Below the pieces are notes generated by a model. It was given only the letters and a program-made list of their open reading frames with translations. It was not told where the DNA came from and did no database searches. 64,000 nt of DNA from Balamuthia mandrillaris (Eukaryota): assembly GCA_031835245.2 (NCBI GenBank), contig JAVKOQ020000008.1:372001-436000 (forward strand). Reading direction: 5' to 3'. The translations under genes and the position numbers were made by a program. Below are positions 27,443 through 37,319 of the stretch, piece after piece (the stretch's first letter is position 1; the number at the start of each line of letters is the position of its first letter).

Positions 27443-28993
27443 ATGGCCTCGTACCAAGGACACGCGACCAGCTCTGCCAAGGTGCAGCAGGTGAAGAAGG
27501 GAGAGATCACTCACTCCTACAGCGAGGAGGAGAAGGAGGCCTTCACCGAGTACATCAACATGGCCCTCGGCAAGGACGCTGACCTGCGCCGCATCCTGCC
27601 CCTGAACGCCCAGGACGAGTCCCTCTTTGCCGGCGTGCACGACGGCCTGCTCCTCTGCAAGCTCATCAACGACGCCATCCCCGACACCATTGACGAGCGC
27701 GTCCTCAACAAGGGCGACATCAACACCTACAAGAAGCACGAGAACCAGACCGTGGCCATCAACTCTGCCAAGGCTATTGGCTGCAACGTCGTCAACATTG
27801 GCGCTCAGGACTTGATCGACGGCATCCCCCACTTGGTGCTGGGCCTCATTTGGCAGATTGTCAAGATTGGGCTCTTCTCCAGGATCAACTTGGTCAACCA
27901 CCCCGAGCTCTACCGCCTCCTCGAGGAGGGCGAGACCATTGAGGACCTCTTGAAGCTCCCCATTGAGGAGATCCTGCTCCGCTGGGTGAACTACCACCTC
28001 AAGAACGCCGGCTGGCCCAAGAGGGTGAACAACTTTAGCGGCGACATCAAGGACGGCACCGCCTACACCGTCCTCCTCGCCCAGATCGCCCCCAAGCACT
28101 GCAACAGGGACCCCCTGAACGCCTCCAGCGACCTCAAGCGCGCCGAGCTGGTGTTGGACAATGCCGACAAGCTTGGCTGCAGGAAGTTTGTGGCCCCCAG
28201 GGACATTGTGCGCGGCAACAAGAAGCTCAACTTGGCCTTTGTGGCCAACCTCTTCAACACCTGGCCCGCCCTGGAGCCCGTGGAGGACGTGGAGATCATC
28301 GAGGAGACCCGCGAGGAGAAGCAGTTCCGTAACTGGATGAACAGCTTGGGTGTGGAGCCCTTCGTGAACAACCTCTACCTCGACCTCCGAGACGGCTTGG
28401 TCCTCATCCAGCTCTTCAAGCAGGTGGAGCCCGGCATTGTGGACGACAGCAAGGTCAACTGGAACCCCACCACCACCTGGAAGAAGCTCGAGAACGACAA
28501 CTACGCCGTGGAGTTGGGCAAGCAGCTCAAGTTCTCCCTGGTCGGCATTCAAGGCAAGGACATCTTGGACGGCAACAAGACCCTCACCCTGGCTGTCGTC
28601 TGGCAGCTCATGAGGCACCACGTACTCTCCATCCTCAAGCGCCTCGGCGGCGGCCAGGCCATTGGAGACAGTGACATTATCCGCTGGGCCAACGATAAGG
28701 TCAGGTCCGCCGGCAAGTCCTCCTCCATGGCCTCCTTCAAGGATAACTCGCTCCGAGACAGCAAGTTTTTGATCGACTTGGTGGATGCCGTTCGCCCTGG
28801 TGCTGCCGACTACTCCCTGGTCTCTGACTCTAGGGACGACAAGGACCTGTTGTTGAACGCCAAGTACGCTGTGAGCTTGGCCAGAAAGATTGGCTGCTGC
28901 GTGTTTGCCCTGCCCGAGGACATTGTGGAGGTGAAGAACAAGATGATCATGACCTTTGTGGCCACCGTCATGGCTGTTGACTTGGGTCACTAA
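27443..28993 (+). CDS. Fimbrin/plastin actin-bundling protein (four CH domains), intronless
   Basis: HSYSEEEKEAF, DGLLLCKLIN..PDTIDER, AKAIGCNVVNIGAQDL, LNLAFVANLFN, ETREEKQFRNWMNSLG and LPEDIVEV. Strong C/G third-position codon bias. Confidence 0.97.
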   Translation: MASYQGHATSSAKVQQVKKGEITHSYSEEEKEAFTEYINMALGKDADLRRILPLNAQDESLFAGVHDGLLLCKLINDAIPDTIDERVLNKGDINTYKKHENQTVAINSAKAIGCNVVNIGAQDLIDGIPHLVLGLIWQIVKIGLFSRINLVNHPELYRLLEEGETIEDLLKLPIEEILLRWVNYHLKNAGWPKRVNNFSGDIKDGTAYTVLLAQIAPKHCNRDPLNASSDLKRAELVLDNADKLGCRKFVAPRDIVRGNKKLNLAFVANLFNTWPALEPVEDVEIIEETREEKQFRNWMNSLGVEPFVNNLYLDLRDGLVLIQLFKQVEPGIVDDSKVNWNPTTTWKKLENDNYAVELGKQLKFSLVGIQGKDILDGNKTLTLAVVWQLMRHHVLSILKRLGGGQAIGDSDIIRWANDKVRSAGKSSSMASFKDNSLRDSKFLIDLVDAVRPGAADYSLVSDSRDDKDLLLNAKYAVSLARKIGCCVFALPEDIVEVKNKMIMTFVATVMAVDLGH

Positions 28994-29239
28994 ATCCGTT
29001 CTCCCCTTTCTTCTGTGGATGGTAGCCAACTTGGAAACTTGTGTACAGTCTGTGTGTCAAAAAAAAAATAGAGAATAAACGATCCAAAAAGTTAAACAGA
29101 AATAATACGAGAATAAAGGAGAAGGAAGCGACCAACGAACGAAGAGAAGAGGAGAGAACAATGCTAGCTTCGTCAGCTCAAACAGGAAGTAGATTTGTTT
29201 CTGTACAAAAGAGATATCAGCGGGAAGGAGTCAACATGC

Positions 29240-31445
29240 TCAGAGGAACACAATCTCGTCGTCTTCGTCGTCGGAAAAGAACTTTTCAGCGTGGTAGACT
29301 TTGGTCCTTTCTTTCTTCAGGTAATGAGGTGTCTCGTCTGCGATTTCGTACATCGTCATCAGCTCTTTGTTCATCTGGCAGAAACAGCAGAGAAGGATGT
29401 TAACAACCACAAAAGAAGACTGGCGAGAAGAAGAAGAGGAGGAGAGAAGAGCGAGAAAGAAGAATGAACCTGTCTGCTGCGTTGGCAAAAGTCATCAAAG
29501 GACTCTTGCGTAGGACAGAAGAAGGCAAGCGCAAGAGAAGGATCGATGTCGCGGATAGCAAGTCGATGAGGAATGGCGCAGTGGTAGCTTGCGAGGAACT
29601 CTACCAATTGTTCTTCTTTTGCATCCTCTCCCGCGTTTTCTTTCTTTTCCTTTCCCTTTTCACACTGAGCAGCAGCGGGCGAAGAAGGAGAAGAGGAGGT
29701 AGGAAAGAGGAGAGGATCAGTGGGTTGAATGGTGTGGGGATCAAAGTAAAACAAGTCATTATCTGTTGAATAGAAGAATAGATCAGTATTGGGGAAGTAA
29801 GAAGACGAGAAAAAGAAAGAAGAAGACAGAGAAATAAGTGATAAGAAAGAAGGCGAACCTTGATAGCCCACAAAATAGAGAGAAGAACGAGGTTTGCCTC
29901 CAACGATGCCTAGGCTTTGAGGAAAATGGAATGTATGTTTCAAAGCAGGTATGTATACCTGGTTAAGGCTGTCCAGACCCAATCGTAACGGAATGATGAG
30001 CAAAAGAGGCCGCCATTGCTTCTCCTCTTGCTCCTCTTGTTCTTCTTCCTTGTTGCCTTCATTGCAAGTGCTTTGGAGGCATCGTTCCATGATTTGATCT
30101 TTGTACAGGCAACCGTCTGTCGAAACGTAAACAGCTAAATTGGTGGGGTTATTTTCTTGGACAACTTCTCTGTTGGTGTTTAAAAAAATAGCGTTTGTTA
30201 ACACAAGGGAGAAGAAAGGAAAAGGAGTGAGCACAGAAGAAGAGAAAATAGAAGTACTCTAAAACTTGAGCGATGGTGGATGGGCCAAACCACTCGCCAA
30301 CGTTCTTCCCAAACTTAAGTCCATTTTGTGCGATATTATGAATAGAAAATGGGCAGAGAGGATGGTCTCCAAACAATCGCAATATCTTATGAACATATGT
30401 TAACGTTTATGCAAAACAAATGTCGAAAGAAAGAAAGAAACAAGCAGTAAAAGGTCTACCTGTGCATAGTGCTGTGGTGGTGGTTCCAATGGATCCAATC
30501 GCCACTCTTAGAATAAAATGTTCATTTAGACGAAGAAGAAAGATGAAGAAGAACAAGAAGAAGAGGAAGAAATGGAAAAGAACTAGCAGCAAATAGAAAA
30601 TACATGGAAAGCAGGAATCAGACCTCTTCCAAGAAGTTGAGAGCTAAGTGCTTGCCCAAGAAGCATCTGCCCGCTACGAAGAGTGCATCCCCAACCAACA
30701 TCTGAAGTAAAGGGAGAGGGCTCGATGCGGTGAAAGTCTTTGCGGTAAGTAAACCACAGCCTAGAGAAAAAGTCTTTCAGAAAGGCAGGAAAGGGAACGG
30801 TTGGCCGTATTCCCTCTTCCTTGTCTTTCTCTCCCTCTTTTTGTTCGTTGCCGCCTCTACGAGGACGCGGCGGTGTTATGACTTGGTCATCGTCCTTCTT
30901 GTAGCATCGACCGAGCATCCATACAGGAGAGTCGGAGAAAGCAGGAAGTTGTTTGTATCCTTTGTGGAACAAGAAGAGGAAGAAATAAGAGAGGAGGAGA
31001 AGGAGGATAAGAAGGACGAGAGAAAGAAGCGAAGAGCCTGGTAAACGAAAATGAGAAGAGAAGAGAAGAGAAGAGAACGATGAAGAGAAGAGAACGATGA
31101 AGAGAAGAGAAGAGAAGAGAAGAGAAGAGAAGAGAAGAGAAGAGAAGAGAAGAGAAGAGAAGAGAAGAGAAGAGAAGAGAAGAGAAGAGAAGAGAAGAGA
31201 AGAGAAGAGAAGAGAAGAGAAGAGAAGAGAAGAGAACGATGAAGAGAAGAGAAGAGAAGAGAACGATGAAGAGAAGAGAATGATGAAGAGAACGATGAAG
31301 AGAACGATGAAGAGAACGACGAAGAGAAGAGAAGAACGGTGAAGAGAAGACGAGAGAGCAAGAGAGAGAGAGAGAGAGAGAAGAGAGAAGACGAATCACA
31401 GAACAACGTACCTGACTCGTGGAGAAGGTTATAGTAAAAGTCCAT
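29240..31445 (-). CDS. ATG4: ATG4 cysteine protease (peptidase C54), multi-exon
   Basis: [81 protein letters not shown] and an acidic C-terminus. Start assigned to MDFYYN, the only in-frame ATG. Confidence 0.9.
31050..31390 (+). repeat. Intronic compound satellite (AAGAG)n with AACGATG variants, the reverse complement of the 9.1-9.9 kb repeat
   Basis: Directly visible. Lies in the first ATG4 intron. Confidence 0.95.
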
Positions 31446-32198
31446 TTTAGCGACGGTACAAAGCCAAAAGTAGCGAGTGTAAAAAAGGGCCTTTTGAGGA
31501 AGTCCAGAGGAAGAAGTTCTTCTGTGAGACCCTTTCTTTGTGGACGTCGATGCTGCAGTCGAGCTTCTCTTTCTGGCCGAGGCTAGCCTGCTTCCGCTCG
31601 AGGCCGCTCTTCTCAAAGCAAACAGGGAGGGGAGAGGATCCGACGAGGAGACAGCAGCAGGCGGGGAGGGAGAAGAGGAGGAAGGAGTGGCAGCAGTAGG
31701 TGGTTTGATAGGTCTCGCAACAGAAGGAGCACAAGGTGCACGCTTACGAGAGGCCGAACAAGAGGGAGAGAAGAGGGAGGAGAGCAGATGGTTCCCCTTC
31801 TCACCACCCGTCTGCTTCGTGGGGTTGTTGCAGTTAAGGTTGTTGCTTTTTGGTGGTAGTCTTCCAGCAGGCAAAGAAGGACGTTTTCGGTGGTAGTTGG
31901 TCTGCGCGCGCTTTGTCCTGTTGTTGACGGGAGGCGTGGTCCCCTCCAGCTTTGCCCTCTTCTCTGTTTTTTTTTTGTCTTTTTTTCTTCTTCGATCATA
32001 AGGGTCACGGATGACGTAAGTTATGCTGTTAATGGAAACTGATGAGGTCAATAAATATCTAGATCTTTAAAATCAAAGGCCCAATCAGAAATCAAAATAT
32101 TAATGAATGAATTCACCATAAAAAGGAATTGTCCACAAAAAATGAAATCAAGCGTTACAATGAAGCGACGTTCAGTTTAGCATGCAAAGAGCAACGGG

Positions 32199-32353
32199 AT
32201 GATGAAGGGCGCGCTTGCAAGTACCACGTGGCGGTTACTGCTGGTGGTAGTACTAGCTTGCCATGATAGGTTGAAAGTGATGGGAGGACTTGACTCCGTT
32301 CGATGGACTCCACCAGATTGCTCTGAAGGGTTACGGTCCTTCCCTTGCTCGCT

Positions 32354-32395
<42 letters not shown>

Positions 32396-33610
32396 CTCTC
32401 TCTCTTCACTTGCAGCGCTTCTGTTCTTGTAACAAGACCTTAATGATAAAGAGTTGGGAATTGTCGATCGGATCTTCAAGTCAGCATTCATTTGGATAAA
32501 ACGGAGCTCTCCTACCAACGAACATGGGAATACTTTGTTACTTCTTCGTCAGATCCGAGACCCATCTTTCTCCAGAAGCCTTTTACTCTGAAAACGGAGG
32601 TTTCCACTACTGCAGCAGGTATCTAGCCCCTCAACAACAACAACATCACAAACAAAAAAAAAAAAAAATGCATCAAAAAGCATTGGTTCTTATAGTGGAA
32701 CTTACATATTTTGTTTATATTGTTTCGTTCATTTAAGTGCTTCAGTTGATGCACACAGAAATTATCTACAACACTTTTGAAGACTTTGTACCAGATCCAT
32801 TCTGTCCCTATATGCCCAAGGTTCCATTCTATATATTCTTTTATTATTTCAATCTCAGAAGCAAAAAAAAAAAAAAACTCGCTTACTTCCTTCTTTCACA
32901 CTAATAGAGAGGTCGTTGTACAGAAACCACACGAGAAGCTCAACGAAAACTTGTTCTCTGCTGTCAAGGATACGCCAGAAGAGGAGTTGGTCAACATTGC
33001 TTGAAGAGCAACCTATCCGAAGCGTATGATGTTTATGCGGTGCAACAGGTGAGGTTGCCTCTTCGTGTGACTGTCTCTGTCGGAGAATCCGATGAGGACA
33101 TGAAAGAGCTTCTTGTCATGACAGATACGAACCGAGAATATCGAACAAGCAAAGCAGACGTAAGTATCTTTTGTATAAGCATGAGAGAATATAAAGTGAA
33201 GAAACGAAGGACAAAGGAAATCAGAGGCCAACTGACGCTTGCTATAATGGTATGTAGGGATTGCTTCAAATGTACTCGGACGATGATGACGCTTATGGAT
33301 TGTTAAAACTGCCTCCGTTGGTCGTCCTAATGGTGCGCTCTCACCCATCGTCCGCCACAAAATCAGACTGGAGGTACATTCCTTTATTTTTCTACCGTGG
33401 TTGTGTTTCATATGGTTCTTGTTATTTGTCCTGCAGTTGTTAAAGCTCTCCTTATTATTATTAGGAATTGGTTTTATGTGTACAAAGCTAGCATTCCCAA
33501 GCAATTAGGGATGACAGAAGAGCAGTGGCGTTTGGTTGCTTCCTGTGATTCCACTCGCAACGCGCATACTCAGACCAACCCCGTTCGGCCAGAGTAACTC
33601 TCTCTGCTCT

Positions 33611-33646
<36 letters not shown>

Positions 33647-33948
33647 TCTCTCTCCCTCCTCCCTCGTGAGTGCAACCTTCTTTTGGTTAATGCTTTGCCG
33701 TGGCACAAGAGATCAGTTTCTATTGCTGCGAGAAAACAGGTTGGATAAACTTCTCTCTCTGTCAATGAGAGATATGGCTCTTTATGATCACCCGTCCCAG
33801 CGGTTGTAGCCACCCCCTTCCGTTTGCTTCGTCTTTCATTCTCATACCAAACTGCAGGTTGGACATGGCCATCCCGCGAAGTCCTGAGCCTCTTCAACTG
33901 GACCTGATCATCCGCCACATTCCTGTACACTTCAACGCCTCCCGCTGA
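32199..33948 (+). CDS. Secreted HAP2/GCS1 (fusexin)-like protein, domains I-II only (gene B), 8 exons, 353 aa
   Basis: Exons 32199-32329, 32452-32618, 32738-32820, 32908-33159, 33258-33373, 33465-33593, 33710-33802 and 33858-33948 join in frame (1062 nt). Product includes a signal peptide, CSEGVGNCRSDLQV, KPFTLKTEVSTTAAVLQL, FC..RC..LCCQG..QHCLK..YDVYAV..LRVTVSVG, NWFYVY..KQLGMTEEQW..SC and DQF. Confidence 0.7.
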
Positions 33949-34133
33949 TGAAAGCACCGCTTCGTGTCGTCATGTAAAGCATCCATGTCGTCCTTATGTC
34001 TACAAAAAATGTAATGTCGTCACAAATATTTTCCCGCCAAAAATAAATAAATAAAACAATCTGAAAAAATAAATAAATAAATTAAAATAATATAAAGAAA
34101 AGAGAAGAAAAGAAAAAACGGAAACGAAGGAGG

Positions 34134-35723
34134 ATGATGCATAACATGTTTTCGTATGCTGCTGCTGCTGCCGCTGCTGTGACTGACAAGGACCAAAGCC
34201 CTCTGCCCTTGGCCTGCGAGTCCGAATGGCGCGTGGAGCTCGGCCTGGAGGACTCCCCTCCGCTGCCCTCTCCTCCGCATACCACTGCTTTCATCACTCC
34301 GCTTCCTTTGAGGAAGAAAAAGCTGGTCCAGTCCTACTCCTCCGCTTCGTCTTCTTCCTTGCGAAACAGGGATGAGGATGACTCTTTCGGTTTGTTGAAT
34401 GATAGTGGCTCGTATGAAAAGAACGACGACGACGCCTTTGCCACTCCACCTTATCCCTCGCCAACTATTACCACCGCTTTTCTCCGTCGCGAAGACCTTC
34501 AACTCTTTTCTTCTTCTTCTTCTTCTTCTTCTTCTATCACTCCTTATCATTCTTCTTCCTTTACTTCCGCTAACAACACAAACAACAGTAACTTCAGCCT
34601 GGCTCTTCTTGCATCGGCCTCAACAACTTCGGCAACTGCCATGGACACTCCTCCATTGCCTTCACCTCCCAAGACAACCCCTTTTCTGTTGGACAGAAGA
34701 GCAGAAAGGCTAAGAGAAGGAGAAGGGAAGAGAGGACTCGTGCTTCGCTATGATGACGATGACGACTCTCCCTTTCGTCCCAATAACAACAACAATCCCA
34801 ACATCCATAACGGTTGCCAAAGGGACGATAAAGAGAAAGACGCATTGGCCACACCCCCGCTGCCTTCACCTCCTCACACCACCATCTTCCTTCGAGCAGC
34901 AAAAACCTCCGACTCGTCATCTTCTTCCTTTGCTGCTTCTCCATTTCAGCAACAACAACAACCAAAGTTTCACGAGCAAAACAATAACCAAACAACAACT
35001 GCAAACGAATGGTTGTCACCATTCGTTGCTGCTGCTTCTTCTTCAGCTTTGTTGCCGCCGATGACACCGACGACAACGACGACGTCGACGCCTCCATTGC
35101 CGTCTCCTCCCAACACAACTCCCTTTCTTCGTCCTGTCTCTTTCTTACCTTTCCTTCTCTCTTCTGCTTCTTCCTCCACCAAGACGAAGAAGAAACGTCC
35201 CGCCAAAGCAGACGAAGAAAATGACAACCATGAGGAAGGAGACGAGGACCAAGACGAAGAAGGAGAAGGAGAAGATGACGACCCATTTACAAATGCGTTC
35301 AAAGCGTTGCGGTTGGATGAAGCTATGGCGGCAGGAGAAGAAGATGAGACAACAATGATGAACATGATGAGCCCTTGTCGTCTGCTCGGTTTGGACGACA
35401 TTCCTTCCCCAGAACCTCCTGAACTCACCACCACGCAACTGCTTCGTCCCCCCACTGCTTCTTTCTCGTCTGCTTTCAACAACAGCAACCACAGCACCGA
35501 AGAGAAGAAAGAACAAGCAAAAGCTGACAAAGAGAACGTCGCTCCGTTCTACGCTAGACAACATGCTGCTTTGTCTTCTTCGTCGATAACAACACCAACC
35601 CCACAAAAAGCTGCATCGTCGTATCCTTGTTCCTCTTCTTTGCTGTCGCCTTACTCTTCTCCTCTTCCTTCATCCTCTGCACCTCCTTTGTCCCACCATC
35701 AATCAGCAACAAAGAAACTCTGA
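34134..35723 (+). CDS. Intronless disordered protein with five (S/T)PPxPSP-x-x-TT-x-F repeats and a KEN box
   Basis: 529-aa ORF with recurring motif and DKENVAP. No recognised folded domain. Confidence 0.7.
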   Translation: MMHNMFSYAAAAAAAVTDKDQSPLPLACESEWRVELGLEDSPPLPSPPHTTAFITPLPLRKKKLVQSYSSASSSSLRNRDEDDSFGLLNDSGSYEKNDDDAFATPPYPSPTITTAFLRREDLQLFSSSSSSSSSITPYHSSSFTSANNTNNSNFSLALLASASTTSATAMDTPPLPSPPKTTPFLLDRRAERLREGEGKRGLVLRYDDDDDSPFRPNNNNNPNIHNGCQRDDKEKDALATPPLPSPPHTTIFLRAAKTSDSSSSSFAASPFQQQQQPKFHEQNNNQTTTANEWLSPFVAAASSSALLPPMTPTTTTTSTPPLPSPPNTTPFLRPVSFLPFLLSSASSSTKTKKKRPAKADEENDNHEEGDEDQDEEGEGEDDDPFTNAFKALRLDEAMAAGEEDETTMMNMMSPCRLLGLDDIPSPEPPELTTTQLLRPPTASFSSAFNNSNHSTEEKKEQAKADKENVAPFYARQHAALSSSSITTPTPQKAASSYPCSSSLLSPYSSPLPSSSAPPLSHHQSATKKL

Positions 35724-35751
35724 TAAAGAAGATGTTATTATGTACTGTATT

Positions 35752-36777
35752 CTACGCATCAAAGACAGCCAACCACTCTGCCTTGTTGGCAACAAACTTG
35801 CTGGACCTGTCCTCTTCGATCTTCTCTCTTGGAGTTTCGCCTTGGTTGTCCTTGCAACTGAGGTCGGCCCCCAGCTCCTTCAACACCTTTAACGCCTCCA
35901 AATGTTCGAATTGAAGAGCGATGTGAGCCGCAGTATCTCCACCGTAGACCCGGTCCTCGTTGGAGGTCCGCAAGTTCAGGTCCGCGCCCACCGCCTTCAG
36001 AGCCCTCAGAACGTGCAAGTGGTTGTTCATCACCGCCATGTGAACGGGCGCGTAGCCGCCTGTCCCCGTGATGTGAGCGTTCGGGTCGAATCCTGCCTCC
36101 TCTACCAAGAGACGGATGAGCTTCTCGGAGGCACCCCTGCTCGCGGCAAAGTGCAGCGCTGACTGTCCTTGGAGGTCGGTGCGCTTCACGTCCAGCGTGC
36201 CATCGCCCTTGGGACCGCGTTCTGAGATCAGCTTGGTGGCTTCCTCCTCATCGACTTCGTCCAGGAGGTTCATCCCGCAAGCAATGAGCAACGAGTCGGC
36301 CCGTTCTCTCTCCTCCATCTGGGCGGTAAGCAGCGCCAGCGCGTCTTCCGCTTGCTGCTTCTTCTGGGCCGAGTCATCCGTTCGGCGGAGCTCCAGGATG
36401 AGCTCTCCTGAGATCTTGGGATGCTTGCCGGAGAGCGAGAACGCGGACTCGGTCCTGTCGGTCGGGATGTCTCCCACGCGAACCTTCACGCAGCCGAGCT
36501 CGTCGTCCTTCCCGATGAGGTCTTTGTCAAACACCTCAAAGATGAGGATGTCGTCCTCATGGAGGTCTTTGGAGTCGTGCCAGCCGTCAGGCAGCGCAGC
36601 TCCTTTCGCCCAACGGGGAGAAAGGGTCTTTTTGATGGTTGGAGTTTTGCGCAGCTTGAGCGGTTTGCCTTGTTTCTGTTGGAGGAAGACCACCACGTAG
36701 GGATCGCTTTTGCCGTTGGTGTCGGCAGCGCGAAGGTTGTTGGCCCCCACGACACGCACGTCCACTGTAATCGTCAT
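35752..36777 (-). CDS. C2 domain + ankyrin repeat protein, intronless
   Basis: VVGANNLRAADTNGKSDPYV..KTLSPRW..EVFDKDLIGKDDELG. Ankyrin motifs GQSALHFAA, GYAPVHMAV and GDTAAHIA. Confidence 0.9.
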   Translation of the reverse strand: MTITVDVRVVGANNLRAADTNGKSDPYVVVFLQQKQGKPLKLRKTPTIKKTLSPRWAKGAALPDGWHDSKDLHEDDILIFEVFDKDLIGKDDELGCVKVRVGDIPTDRTESAFSLSGKHPKISGELILELRRTDDSAQKKQQAEDALALLTAQMEERERADSLLIACGMNLLDEVDEEEATKLISERGPKGDGTLDVKRTDLQGQSALHFAASRGASEKLIRLLVEEAGFDPNAHITGTGGYAPVHMAVMNNHLHVLRALKAVGADLNLRTSNEDRVYGGDTAAHIALQFEHLEALKVLKELGADLSCKDNQGETPREKIEEDRSSKFVANKAEWLAVFDA

Positions 36778-37319
36778 CTTCGTGGTCCTGTTTGGTGTTG
36801 CTTTGGGTGTTTCAACAAATGAAGAGTGCTCTCTTGTAGGATAAGCTATAAATGTAACGCAATAGATCAGGCAACCGAATTACAGCCAATCGAGAAGCGA
36901 GGAGGGTAACACACGCTGCAACATGTGTCTCGCCTAAACCCTGGAGTGTCCGCAGGGTATGACCAGGACACTCCTCAACACTCAACCGTTGCAAGGGGGG
37001 CAGTTTGTTTTGGCCTGAAAGCGAAGCAAACGTGAAGGTTCTCTGTGATGATCTCTTCACTTATTTCCGCAACGTTGGAACCATCGATGAGGCATAAGAA
37101 ACGCTGAATAAAGAAGACAGATGTGGACGATGAAAATTATGTTATGTATGCTGTATTATGAAGGTGTTGTGTGTCTTTTTTTTTTTTTACATCCGTTCTC
37201 TCTCTCTCTCTCTCCTTTGTGAAGTTAGTAGTTTCTCGTAGACGCTCTGCATCAAGCTGCTTTTCTTCTCCCGTTAAGTTCTTATTGTTCTTCATTTCTG
37301 TAAGGAAAGAAGGAATGAG

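Noticed and set aside
27380..29029. 549-aa antisense ORF overlapping fimbrin
   Set aside because: Shadow ORF expected from the strong C/G third-position bias of the sense gene; no recognisable protein features.
31446..32051. Long open frame upstream of ATG4 as an N-terminal extension
   Set aside because: No in-frame ATG (TTG start only). More likely 5' UTR or promoter, though a non-canonical start is not excluded.
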